Part shown: positions 18,675 to 28,487 of the stretch, piece by piece
Layout of the letters: each line of letters opens with the position of its first letter
Numbering within the stretch: the first letter of the stretch is position 1
Assembly: GCA_028280405.1 (NCBI GenBank)
Contig: JANQLW010000013.1
Coordinates: 6,902-70,901 of the forward strand
Reading direction: 5' to 3'
Length of the DNA: 64,000 nucleotides
From: Bacteroidales bacterium
GTDB lineage: Bacteria > Bacteroidota > Bacteroidia > Bacteroidales > GCA-2711565
The notes under the pieces: model-generated
The model's input: only the letters and a program-made list of their open reading frames with translations
Told to the model about the DNA's origin: nothing
The model's database searches: none
Translations under genes and position numbers: made by a program

Positions 18675-20450
18675 ATGAATACACAGGTAATAGTTGGACT
18701 TGGAAGTTGTGGAATTGCAGCCGGAGCTAACAAAGTTTACGATAAAATAAAAGCCCTAAAAGAAGTTGATAATTTAGATTTTGAATTAAAGAAAACTTCA
18801 TGTATTGGAATGTGTTATCGCGAACCTCTTGTAGAAATTGTAGACGATACAGGTTCTTATCTATATGGAGATATCAATGAAGAAAGAGCCATTGAGATTC
18901 TGGACAAACATATCGCTCAACATAATCCGGTTAAAGAATATGTTGTTCAAACTGATTTGTTTGAAACCGTGGACAATGAATTTACTCAATCGCAAGTAAA
19001 AATAACTTTAAGAAATTGTGGATATATTGATCCTGAAAGCATAGAAGAATATGAATCCCATTCGGGATACCGGGCCATTAAGAAAATTGCAGGAAGTGGA
19101 ATTTCCAGGATGGATGTCATCAAAACGGTATTGGATTCAGGCTTACGTGGCCGGGGTGGTGGTGGATTTCCAACGGGGATGAAATGGAAATTTGCCAATA
19201 ATAATAAATCTGAAGAAAAATATATCATCTGTAATGCTGATGAAGGTGATCCCGGAGCATTTATGGACCGTTCAGTATTGGAAGGAGATCCTCATTCTGT
19301 ATTGGAAGGAATGATTATAGGTGCCTATGCTATTGAAGCTACAGGAGGAGTCATTTATTGCCGGGCTGAATATCCGCTAGCTATTAAACGTTTGAACATT
19401 GCAATTGAACAAGCAAGAGAAAAAGGATATCTAGGAAAAGATATTTTAGGAATCAAAGGATTTAATTTCGATATTTATATTAAGGAAGGTGCAGGAGCAT
19501 TTGTATGTGGTGAAGAAACGGCTCTTATTGCTTCTGTTGAAGGAGAAAGGGGAATGCCTCGTAAGCGCCCTCCGTTTCCGGCAGCTTCAGGTTTATGGAA
19601 AAAGCCCACCAATATCAATAATGTTGAAACCTTTGCCAACTTACCGTGGATCATATTAAACGGTGCTGATGGTTATGCAAAATACGGAACCGAAAAGAGT
19701 AAAGGTACCAAAGTTTTTGCCCTTGCAGGAAAAATTAAACGTTCCGGGCTGGTTGAAGTTCCGATGGGAATGAGTATTCGAGATGTAATTTTCAAGCTGG
19801 GTGGCGGTATTCAGGATGATAAAAAGTTCAAAGCCGTTCAAATGGGAGGTCCTTCCGGAGGATGTATACCGGAACATTTAGCTGATACTATTGTGGACTA
19901 TGATTCTGTAAATGCCACGGGAGCCATTATGGGTTCAGGGGGTATGGTTGTGATGGACGAAACTACCTGTATGATAGATGTAGCTAAATTCTTTCTCAAC
20001 TTTACCCAGGAAGAAAGTTGTGGAAAATGCACCTTCTGTCGTATTGGGACCAAACGTATGCTGGAAATTCTTGAACGCATTACAGATGGTAAAGGGCAGG
20101 AAGGCGATATTGAGAAACTAGAAGAATTATCTTACCAGATTAAAGACAATTCATTATGCGGACTTGGGCAAACTGCACCAAATCCGGTATTAACTACCAT
20201 TAAGTATTTCAGGGATGAATATGAAGCTCATATTAGGGATAAAAAATGCCCTGCTAAAGTTTGTAAAAACTTATTGACTTATGAAGTTGATCCGGACAAA
20301 TGTACCGGTTGTACGGTCTGTGCAAAAAAATGTCCGACAGATGCTATTGATGGTGAACGCAAAGAAGTACACTTTATCCGTCAGGAAGATTGTATCAAAT
20401 GCGGTAACTGTTATACCAAATGTAAATTTGATGCCATCAAGCTTTCTTAG
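18675..20450 (+). CDS. NuoF/HydB-like FMN/NADH-binding subunit (StnB/BfuB-like)
   Basis: Thioredoxin-like N-terminus (GSCG..SCIGMC), GLRGRGGGGFPTG, CNADEGDPGAFMDR, GAGAFVCGEETAL, ESCGKCTFC, C-terminal 2x[4Fe-4S]. Start could be 18666, 18672 or 18675. Confidence 0.93.
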   Translation: MNTQVIVGLGSCGIAAGANKVYDKIKALKEVDNLDFELKKTSCIGMCYREPLVEIVDDTGSYLYGDINEERAIEILDKHIAQHNPVKEYVVQTDLFETVDNEFTQSQVKITLRNCGYIDPESIEEYESHSGYRAIKKIAGSGISRMDVIKTVLDSGLRGRGGGGFPTGMKWKFANNNKSEEKYIICNADEGDPGAFMDRSVLEGDPHSVLEGMIIGAYAIEATGGVIYCRAEYPLAIKRLNIAIEQAREKGYLGKDILGIKGFNFDIYIKEGAGAFVCGEETALIASVEGERGMPRKRPPFPAASGLWKKPTNINNVETFANLPWIILNGADGYAKYGTEKSKGTKVFALAGKIKRSGLVEVPMGMSIRDVIFKLGGGIQDDKKFKAVQMGGPSGGCIPEHLADTIVDYDSVNATGAIMGSGGMVVMDETTCMIDVAKFFLNFTQEESCGKCTFCRIGTKRMLEILERITDGKGQEGDIEKLEELSYQIKDNSLCGLGQTAPNPVLTTIKYFRDEYEAHIRDKKCPAKVCKNLLTYEVDPDKCTGCTVCAKKCPTDAIDGERKEVHFIRQEDCIKCGNCYTKCKFDAIKLS

Positions 20451-20475
20451 TATTAATGCTTAAAAATGAATTAAA

Positions 20476-23400
20476 ATGAGCGAAAGATTAAACGTAATAT
20501 TAAACGGTAAGATCACTCAGGCATACCAGGGTGAAACCATACTGGAGCTTGCTCAACGTAACGATATAGAAATCCCAACACTTTGTAATGACCCTCGTAT
20601 AGAACCCTATACTTCCTGTTTTGTTTGTGTAGTGGAAGTAGAAGGTATGAGAGGGATGCAGCCTAGCTGTTCAACCAAGGTTGCGGAGGGGATGAAAATT
20701 GATACTCAAAATGATCAAGTAAAATCTGCCCGGAAAATGGCATTGGATTTACTTTTAAGTAATCACTATGCTGATTGTTTGGGCCCATGTAAACAAGCTT
20801 GTCCGGCTGGTGTGGATGTTCAGGGATATATTTCTTTAATTGATAAAGGGCAATACAATGAAGCCGTTGCTCTAATCAAGGAAACGAATCCCCTTCCTGC
20901 TATTTGTGGCCGTGTTTGTGTACGTCCTTGTGAAGCTGCTTGTCGCAGAAACTTATTGGATGAAGGGACTCCTGTTGGGATTGATTATATGAAACGCTTT
21001 GCTGCGGATTATGATCTTGATAATAATAAATGGAAACCTGAAATTAAACCTAGCACAGGCAAAAAGATTGCTGTAATCGGAGCAGGGCCAGGCGGTTTAT
21101 CTGCCGGATTCTTTCTGCAAAAAGAAGGCCATCAGGTAGATATTTTCGAAGCTGCACCTAAAGCCGGTGGTTGGTTAAGATATGGTATTCCTGAATATCG
21201 ATTGCCAAATGATTTACTTCAGAAAGAAGTGGATAATATCACAGAAATGGGTGTAAACATTTTCTATAATAAAAAGTTAGGTAAAAACATTCAATATAAA
21301 GAAATCAATGATAAATATGATGCAACTATTTTAACCATTGGTTCACAAAAAGGAACTTTAATTGGTTGTGAAGGCGATGATGCGGAAAATGTTTATTCCG
21401 GAATTGATTTTCTGAAAAACATGGAAGTAACCGGAAAACGTGCAAACTTTACCGGAAAAAAAGTTGCCGTTGTTGGAGGCGGTAATACTGCGATGGACTG
21501 TTGCCGTACAGCACGTCGCTGTGGAGCAGAAGATGTATATGTGATTTATCGCCGTACTGAAAAAGAAATGCCTGCTAACCCCATCGAAATTCATGAATCA
21601 AAACTGGAAGGTGTTCAATATTTACTATTAACAAATCCTTCCAGGGTAAATAAAGATGAGGAAGGCAAAGTAAAATCTGTTACTTGCTTAAAAATGGAAT
21701 TAGGTGAACCCGACGCGTCGGGCCGTAGACGCCCTGTTCCTGTTGAAGGCTCAGAATTTGATTTGGAAGTAGATTATATATTAGCAGCCATCGGGCAAAA
21801 AACAGTAGTAAACTTCCTTGAGGATGTGAACAGTACTGTTATGGATGGAGAATTAAAACTAAATCGCTGGGGAGATATTGATGCAGACCCCAAAACTTTA
21901 CAAACCGGAATTAAGAATATGTTTGCTGCAGGTGATGGTGTTACCGGGCCTGCAACATTGATCGAAGCCATTGCACAGGCAAAAATAGCTTCCAGGTCAT
22001 GCAATCTTTATTTACAAGGAATGGCCGTTGAGCCTCCAAAAAAAGAATTCATCAGTATAAAAGATAATTTCGAAAAACAAACTCCGGAAGAGTATCAAGG
22101 ACGTTATGATAAACAAATGCGTGAGGAAATGCCTGTTCTACCACCCGAAGACCGTATGAACTTTAAAGAGGTTGAATTAGGATACGATAGCGAAGAAGTT
22201 GCAAAACATGAAGCACAACGTTGTCTGGAATGTGGCTGTACTGAATACTTTACCTGTGATTTGAAAAAATACTCTACAGAATATGATGTAGATCAAACAA
22301 AACTGGCAGGAGAATATAAATCCTATGATATAGACTTCCGCCATCCTTTCATTGAAATTGATAATAACAAATGTATTTTATGTGCACGTTGTGTGCGTAT
22401 CTGTAAAGAAGTGGTTGGTGCCAATGCTTTAGGATTGGTTAACCGTGGCTATGATACTTTTGTGGCTCCAAGCTTAGGAGACAGTTTACAGGAAACAAAT
22501 TGTGAAAGTTGTGGGCTTTGTATTTCAACCTGCCCTACCGGCGCGATTACAGAAAATGTAATTTTCAAACCGGGCCCGGTACAACTTGATAATGCTTCTA
22601 CCATTTGTAATTATTGTTCGATAGGTTGTGAAGTTGATATTCAGCACAAAAATCAATTTGTAATGAAGGTAGAAGGAGTTGATGGACAGATTAACAAACA
22701 TGGGAACCTATGTAAATATCCAAAGTTCGGCTATCAGTATTTTAATGATACTTCAAGAATAACAAAGCCTTTGGTAAAATCCAAAGATGGTAACTTTAAA
22801 GAAATATCATTCGATGAAGCCAATCAAATCATCGTTGATAAGATCAAAGCTGTGAAACCAGATGAGAATGCATTTTTTGCAGGAGCAAGATTAACAAATG
22901 AAGAATTATACCTTACACAAAAACTTGCCAGAGCTGCCGTCAAAACACATAATATAAACAGTTTCCATTATTTAAACAGGGGCACAGGATATACTCATAA
23001 TAGTTTAGATAACGTTCCTTTCGAAGAACTCAATGCGGCCAGCAAAATATATTTAATTGGTTCCGAGATCAATGAAGAAAACGCTGTTGCAGGATTCATG
23101 ATTAATCATGCTCAGTTTAAAAATAATGTACCTGTAGAGCTTATTACAACTAAGGAGTTAAGTTCAATGGCTCACAAAGTAGATACTGAAATAAAGATCA
23201 AATCATACTACTATTTTGTGAAAGCTGTAAATTATTATCTGATCGCTAACAACTTCCATAACGCCATGTTTATAGAAGATAATTGCGAAGCTTATGAAGC
23301 CTACAAAGAAGAACTTATGAAAGAAAACTTTGTAGAACTGATCGAAAAATCGGGAGTGGAGTTCATGGACCAGGTGATTGAATTTGCAAAAGAATACAAT

Positions 23401-24162
23401 AATCAAATGAATGCTGTTATTATATTCTCTGAAAAGCATCTGTCATCAAATACTTGTAGTGAACTTTACAACCTGGCTTTAATTACCGGTAAATTAGGAA
23501 AGACTTCCAGTGGATTAATTAGCCTTAAAGAGAAAAATAATTCACAGGGAATCTTTGATATGGGCATCCGTCCGGATCTTGGTGTTGGAATTCAGTCTGT
23601 TATTGATGATAATTTCAAAGCGAAAATGAAAGAAGTGTGGGGTACGGATATTCCTGAAAATTTTGAGAAATTCACCATTGACCTATTGGATACCGGAGAG
23701 ATCAAAAATATATTCATCTTTGGAGAGGACCCGATTGGATCTACCAAGGAACAGTTAGATTGGATTAATATTGCAGATTTTGTAGTTGTTCAGGACTATT
23801 TCATGACAGCAACAGCAAAAGCAGCAGACCTTATTCTACCAGCTTCATTTCCAATAGAAAGTGGTGGTAGTTTTACCAACACTCAAAAATACTTCCAGGA
23901 ATTTGAAGCTAAATTTGAATCCAAAGTGGAAAAATTATCATACCAACAGATTAATGATTTGATTCAATCATTTGGTGTTAATTCTCCGGATAATCTGATT
24001 GATATCAGAATGGAAGCAATGTCGTTATTACCAACTAAGGATACCGCCTTAAAGTATGAATTTAAGTATACCAAAAAAATCAACGATAAGCGTATCTTTA
24101 ATTATGGATGTGACTATCTGACTAATAAATTTGAAACGGAATTTAATCAAAAATTCAATTAA
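20476..24162 (+). CDS. [2Fe-2S] + GltD-like FAD/NADPH module + NuoG/molybdopterin-oxidoreductase-like fusion (StnC-like)
   Basis: IPTLC..CFVC..SC; CKQACP..CGRVC.RPCE.AC; IGAGPGG; GGGNTAMD..YRR; CILCARCVRIC; CESCGLCISTCP; CNYCSIGC..LC. No Mo-ligating Cys/Sec and no H-cluster motifs seen. Confidence 0.88.
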   Translation: MSERLNVILNGKITQAYQGETILELAQRNDIEIPTLCNDPRIEPYTSCFVCVVEVEGMRGMQPSCSTKVAEGMKIDTQNDQVKSARKMALDLLLSNHYADCLGPCKQACPAGVDVQGYISLIDKGQYNEAVALIKETNPLPAICGRVCVRPCEAACRRNLLDEGTPVGIDYMKRFAADYDLDNNKWKPEIKPSTGKKIAVIGAGPGGLSAGFFLQKEGHQVDIFEAAPKAGGWLRYGIPEYRLPNDLLQKEVDNITEMGVNIFYNKKLGKNIQYKEINDKYDATILTIGSQKGTLIGCEGDDAENVYSGIDFLKNMEVTGKRANFTGKKVAVVGGGNTAMDCCRTARRCGAEDVYVIYRRTEKEMPANPIEIHESKLEGVQYLLLTNPSRVNKDEEGKVKSVTCLKMELGEPDASGRRRPVPVEGSEFDLEVDYILAAIGQKTVVNFLEDVNSTVMDGELKLNRWGDIDADPKTLQTGIKNMFAAGDGVTGPATLIEAIAQAKIASRSCNLYLQGMAVEPPKKEFISIKDNFEKQTPEEYQGRYDKQMREEMPVLPPEDRMNFKEVELGYDSEEVAKHEAQRCLECGCTEYFTCDLKKYSTEYDVDQTKLAGEYKSYDIDFRHPFIEIDNNKCILCARCVRICKEVVGANALGLVNRGYDTFVAPSLGDSLQETNCESCGLCISTCPTGAITENVIFKPGPVQLDNASTICNYCSIGCEVDIQHKNQFVMKVEGVDGQINKHGNLCKYPKFGYQYFNDTSRITKPLVKSKDGNFKEISFDEANQIIVDKIKAVKPDENAFFAGARLTNEELYLTQKLARAAVKTHNINSFHYLNRGTGYTHNSLDNVPFEELNAASKIYLIGSEINEENAVAGFMINHAQFKNNVPVELITTKELSSMAHKVDTEIKIKSYYYFVKAVNYYLIANNFHNAMFIEDNCEAYEAYKEELMKENFVELIEKSGVEFMDQVIEFAKEYNNQMNAVIIFSEKHLSSNTCSELYNLALITGKLGKTSSGLISLKEKNNSQGIFDMGIRPDLGVGIQSVIDDNFKAKMKEVWGTDIPENFEKFTIDLLDTGEIKNIFIFGEDPIGSTKEQLDWINIADFVVVQDYFMTATAKAADLILPASFPIESGGSFTNTQKYFQEFEAKFESKVEKLSYQQINDLIQSFGVNSPDNLIDIRMEAMSLLPTKDTALKYEFKYTKKINDKRIFNYGCDYLTNKFETEFNQKFN

Positions 24163-24165
24163 TAG

Positions 24166-24193
24166 AAAAGGCAGTCGAAAGGCTGCTTTTTTT
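24166..24193 (+). terminator. Intrinsic terminator of the redox operon
   Basis: GGCAGTC-gaaa-GGCTGCT followed by a T-run. Confidence 0.85.
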
Positions 24194-24340
24194 ACAATAA
24201 TAAAAAAACAAAACGATATTCTGATTTTAAACTTTTCGAATAATTCTAGGCACAAAACTAATAATAGTTCCGTGTCATATCAAAAATAATTAAATAGACT
24301 TTTTCTTCTGTTTGGTATTAATTAGTAAAAACAACTAAAC

Positions 24341-24889
24341 ATGAGAGAAGAAAAATCTACTCAAATTTCAAGCACCAGTATTTTAAATAAAATTTTCATA
24401 ATCAGAGAACATAAAGTCATGTTTGATAAAGACTTAGCACTATTATATGGTGTATCAACAAGTTACTTAAATAAAGCAGTAAAAAGAAACGTAAAAAGAT
24501 TTCCTGACGATTTTATGTTTCAATTGACCCAAGCTGAATCAGAAAACTTGATGTTCCAAATTGGAACATCAAGATGGGGAGGGACAAGAAAATTGCCATA
24601 TGTATTTACAGAGCAGGGGATAGCAATGCTTTCAGGGGTCTTAAACAGCGATAGAGCAATCAATGTAAACATTGACATAATGCGTACATTTATTAAGATA
24701 AGAATAGCTATTCAGGAAAACGCCAGAGTATTATTGGAATTAGAGAAAGTTAAAGCACATCTCAAAAATCATGATAAAAGCATTGTAATTATCTATAAAT
24801 ATCTTGACAAATTGATTACAAAAACTGATTCAGATATAAAAAGAGAAAAAATAGGTTATAAAATAAGCAAAAGTGTAAATAAAGATTAA
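24341..24889 (+). CDS. ORF6N domain protein
   Basis: KVMFDKDLA.LYGV..LN.AVKRN..RFP.DFMFQLT, PYVFTEQGIAMLS.VLNS.RA..VNI.IMRTF. Confidence 0.9.
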   Translation: MREEKSTQISSTSILNKIFIIREHKVMFDKDLALLYGVSTSYLNKAVKRNVKRFPDDFMFQLTQAESENLMFQIGTSRWGGTRKLPYVFTEQGIAMLSGVLNSDRAINVNIDIMRTFIKIRIAIQENARVLLELEKVKAHLKNHDKSIVIIYKYLDKLITKTDSDIKREKIGYKISKSVNKD

Positions 24890-25019
24890 GTATCATTATC
24901 ACTTTTTGCATTAATTAACCTAAGCTTTATAATATTCTAACAAGTTTTACTTATTTTCACGCAATATTTAGACAACTAATTAAATCATTCATTATAATAT
25001 GATCAAAATTTTTAAACAC

Positions 25020-25727
25020 ATGAAAAAAATCACACTTTTACTTGCAATGGTTATGATGTATGCTTTTGCAAGTGCACAATCCGTTGACGAGATTATTAAG
25101 AAACATATTGAAAAAACCGGTGGAGAAAAAGCATATAGTGCAATAAAATCAATAAAGATGAAAGCTAGAATGGATATGCAGGGGCAATCTTTGGAGATTA
25201 CTGATATCTCTACTAAAGATGGTAAGCAATATTCATCTTATTCTACAATGGGGATGAGTTTTGTTCAATTGGCATTTGATGGAGAAATAGCATGGCATAC
25301 GGATCAAAGTACAATGCAACCAAAAAAATTAGGAGATGATGCTGTTAAGCAAGCTAAAGCTAAAGCTAAAAGGTTTCCTTCACAATTTTTTGACTATAAG
25401 AAAAAAGGTTATAAAATAGAATTAGAAGGTTCTGAAAAATGTAATGATGAAGATTGCTTTAAGCTAAAAATCACCCCTCCAGTAGGAGAACCTAATACTT
25501 CTCTTATCAGTAAAAAATCTTACTATGAAGTAGGTGGAACCAGAATATTAGAGCAAATGGGGCAAAAAATTACAGTCAATCTTAAAATGTCCGATTTTAA
25601 AGAAGTTAATGGTATTATGATGTCTCATAATATAGTTCAAAGTTTTATGGGGCAATCAATGGTTCTTAAAATTGATTCAATTGAAGTAAATGGCAATTTA
25701 GATGAATCTATTTTTACAATGAAATAA
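25020..25727 (+). CDS. Secreted hypothetical protein (outer-membrane lipoprotein-sorting/LolA-like fold)
   Basis: Signal peptide MKKITLL..ASAQ; SVDEIIKKHIEKTGG; DFKEVNGIMMSH; IEVNGNLDESIF. Confidence 0.75.
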   Translation: MKKITLLLAMVMMYAFASAQSVDEIIKKHIEKTGGEKAYSAIKSIKMKARMDMQGQSLEITDISTKDGKQYSSYSTMGMSFVQLAFDGEIAWHTDQSTMQPKKLGDDAVKQAKAKAKRFPSQFFDYKKKGYKIELEGSEKCNDEDCFKLKITPPVGEPNTSLISKKSYYEVGGTRILEQMGQKITVNLKMSDFKEVNGIMMSHNIVQSFMGQSMVLKIDSIEVNGNLDESIFTMK

Positions 25728-25745
25728 AAATTTCATCAAGTAAAG

Positions 25746-25774
25746 AAAAAGGCGAGCTTAAGCTCGCCTTTTTT
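25746..25774. terminator. Bidirectional terminator
   Basis: AAAAAGGCGAGCT-ta-AGCTCGCCTTTTTT between convergent genes. Confidence 0.88.
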
Positions 25775-25791
25775 GGTTATAACAGCCACGA

Positions 25792-27420
25792 CTATTCAGT
25801 CATATAAGGATATTTAAAATCAGTGGCCGGTAATAAGGTTTCTTTAATCGTACGTGGGCTCGTCCAACGTAACAGGTTTAAGAAACTACCCGCTTTATCA
25901 TTCGTACCGGATCCCCTTGAGCCACCAAATGGCTGTAAACCTACTACAGCACCGGTTGGCTTATCATTAAAATAAAAATTACCTGCAGCATACTTCAGTT
26001 TCTTACAGGCTTGCATAGCTGCATATTTATCTCTTGCAAAAACAGCGCCCGTTAAAGCATAAGGAGAAGTTTGGTCACAAAGGTCCAGTGTTTCATCAAA
26101 TTTTTCATCTTCATAAACATAAATTGTCATTACAGGTCCAAAGATCTCTTCTTCCATACTTTTAAACTTAGGGCTAGAAGTAAGAATAATGGTCGGTTCT
26201 ATAAAATAACCTACAGACTTGTCTCCTTTACCCCCTGCAATAATCTCCGCATCATCAGCTTCTTTTGCATAATTAATGTAGCTCATGATATTATCAAAAG
26301 ATGACTCATCAATAACAGGGTTGATGAAATTATTGAAATTTTCCACATTGCCCATTTTAATTCTGGATAGCTGAGAAAGTATTTTTTCTTTTACATTCTC
26401 CCAAATTGAAGCCGGGATATATGCTCTTGAGGCAGCAGAACACTTTTGCCCCTGATATTCAAATGATCCTCTTACAATAGCAGTAGCCAGTTCATCTATA
26501 TCAGAAGAATGATGAGCGAAGATGAAATCTTTACCTCCTGTTTCCCCAACTAATTTAGGATAAGAACGATATTTCTCCAGATTGTTGCCTACCGATTTCC
26601 ATAAATTGTTGAATGTTGCCGTAGATCCGGTAAAGTGAATCCCTGCTAATTCAGGGTGATTCAGAACAACATCTCCGATTTCTCTTCCTGAACCCGGAAT
26701 AAAATTGATTACACCATCCGGCAGTCCGGCTTCTTTGAAAATCTTCATTAAATAATAACTTGACAATAAAGAAGTGGTTGCAGGTTTCCATACGGTTGTA
26801 TTACCCATAATATTCACTGAAATATTAAGGTTAGCTGCAATTGCTGTAAAGTTAAAAGGTGAAATTGTAAATACAAAACCTTCTAACGGTCGGTACTGTA
26901 GCCTGTTAATATGATCCAACTCTACATTTGGTTGGTTTAAGAAAATCTGAGAAAGAAAGTATGCATTAAACCTTAAAAAGTCGATCGTTTCACAAGCAGA
27001 ATCAATTTCAGCCTGGTAAGCATTTTTCCCTTGCCCAAGCATAGTAGCTGCATTTAATACAAATCTGTATTTCTTGGAAATCAGTTCCGCAGCTTTTAGC
27101 ATAATAGAAGACCTTTCAATCCAGGAAAGTTCTACCCATTCATCTTTTGCTGCAAGTGATGCATCGATTGCAGCCTGTACATCTTCTTTTCCGGCTTTAT
27201 GATACGTTGCCAAAATGTGTTGATGGTTTTGTGGACTAACTACATTGGCAGTATTACCAGTGAAAATTTCTTTGCCTCCAATAATAAGAGGAATTTCTAC
27301 TTTAATACCTTTTTGACGCTCTAACTCTTTTTGTAGCGCTTCGCGTTCCGAACTACCCGGCATATAGGAAAGTACGGGTTCATTCTTCGGCTCTTTAAAA
27401 TTAAAAATTGCGTTGTTCAT
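25792..27420 (-). CDS. pruA: L-glutamate gamma-semialdehyde (P5C) dehydrogenase
   Basis: NEPVLSY, SPFNFTAI, FTGST, GETGGKDF, FEYQGQKCSA, EEIFGP. Confidence 0.96.
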   Translation of the reverse strand: MNNAIFNFKEPKNEPVLSYMPGSSEREALQKELERQKGIKVEIPLIIGGKEIFTGNTANVVSPQNHQHILATYHKAGKEDVQAAIDASLAAKDEWVELSWIERSSIMLKAAELISKKYRFVLNAATMLGQGKNAYQAEIDSACETIDFLRFNAYFLSQIFLNQPNVELDHINRLQYRPLEGFVFTISPFNFTAIAANLNISVNIMGNTTVWKPATTSLLSSYYLMKIFKEAGLPDGVINFIPGSGREIGDVVLNHPELAGIHFTGSTATFNNLWKSVGNNLEKYRSYPKLVGETGGKDFIFAHHSSDIDELATAIVRGSFEYQGQKCSAASRAYIPASIWENVKEKILSQLSRIKMGNVENFNNFINPVIDESSFDNIMSYINYAKEADDAEIIAGGKGDKSVGYFIEPTIILTSSPKFKSMEEEIFGPVMTIYVYEDEKFDETLDLCDQTSPYALTGAVFARDKYAAMQACKKLKYAAGNFYFNDKPTGAVVGLQPFGGSRGSGTNDKAGSFLNLLRWTSPRTIKETLLPATDFKYPYMTE

Positions 27421-27750
27421 TGAATGATAATATAAAAAGATGATTAACTAAAATCGTTATGCTTTATTTTGCATATCGCGTGCAAATATATATTTTTTAT
27501 TAATCGCTAAAACAAGAGCTTAACTTTTTATTTTATCAAGAATCTTTACATTATTTTAACACTTAAATCTTATTTAACGTAAGTTCGATGTAAAAAAAAT
27601 TACTGTTTCAATTTTAATAAACCCGGCTTAGATCGAACTCACATTATTTAACCCTTTTTTAACAAACATTAAAAAATTATTGGGTGTATTTATATTATTT
27701 TTAATTATTCTAAATTAAAAACTCAGGTATTTAAATAAAATCAAAACAAA

Positions 27751-28317
27751 ATGAAAACATTAAGGTATTTAATGATAGCAGGTTTAGTATTTACAACCTC
27801 TGTATTAATAGCACAATCCTATACTTTTAACAAAGAAAATTCAAAGCTGAAATGGGAAGGGAAAAAAGTTGGCGGTTCGCATGATGGAATCATTTATCTG
27901 AAAAGTGGAACCTTAAAAATGAATAAAAGTAAAATCAAAAGCGGAAAATTTGTGATCGATATGAAAAGCATGGTTAATAAAGATATTTCCAATGAAAAAT
28001 ACCGTGCTAAACTCGAAAATCATTTAAAATCTGACGATTTCTTTTCTGTTGATGAATTCCCGGAAGCAGTATTAGAAATCACGGAAGAATCCAAGTTCAA
28101 GGATAACAAGGCTCATGTTCATGCAAACTTAACCATCAAAGGAATTACAAAGCCTGTGCATTTTAATGTAATGAAAGAAGACAATATGTTAAAATCGAAA
28201 ATTACAGTTGACCGTTCAAAGTATAATGTAAAATATGGCTCTAAATCATTTTTCAAAAACTTAGGCGATAAGCTTATTTATGATGACTTTACCATTGAGG
28301 TTCATCTGAAACTTTAA
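27751..28317 (+). CDS. YceI family protein
   Basis: SKLKWEGKKVGGSHDG, LENHLKSDDFF, LTIKGITKPV. Confidence 0.92.
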   Translation: MKTLRYLMIAGLVFTTSVLIAQSYTFNKENSKLKWEGKKVGGSHDGIIYLKSGTLKMNKSKIKSGKFVIDMKSMVNKDISNEKYRAKLENHLKSDDFFSVDEFPEAVLEITEESKFKDNKAHVHANLTIKGITKPVHFNVMKEDNMLKSKITVDRSKYNVKYGSKSFFKNLGDKLIYDDFTIEVHLKL

Positions 28318-28358
28318 AGAAATCTGGGACTCCTTACATACCCCCCCATACTAAATAA

Positions 28359-28487
28359 GAGGCTGTCAAAAGTGTTAAAAAATTGATCTTTAGTCAGGGC
28401 GTGAATGGTTAATTGATTAAATAGATGCATTTTATCTTTTGAAGAATTTTGCAAGTAAATTCACACCCTGACTTTTTGGACAGTCTC
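28359..28487. mobile_element. MITE-like element with terminal and internal inverted repeats
   Basis: Ends GAGGCTGTC-AAAAG and CTTTTTGGACAGTCTC; internal IR AGTCAGGGCGTGAAT (28392) / ATTCACACCCTGACT (28459-28473). No transposase. Confidence 0.55.

Noticed and set aside
18117-24162. Respiratory complex I, formate dehydrogenase, [FeFe]-hydrogenase or selenoprotein
   Set aside because: No membrane Nuo genes, no Mo-ligating Cys/Sec, no H-cluster motifs, no in-frame TGA.
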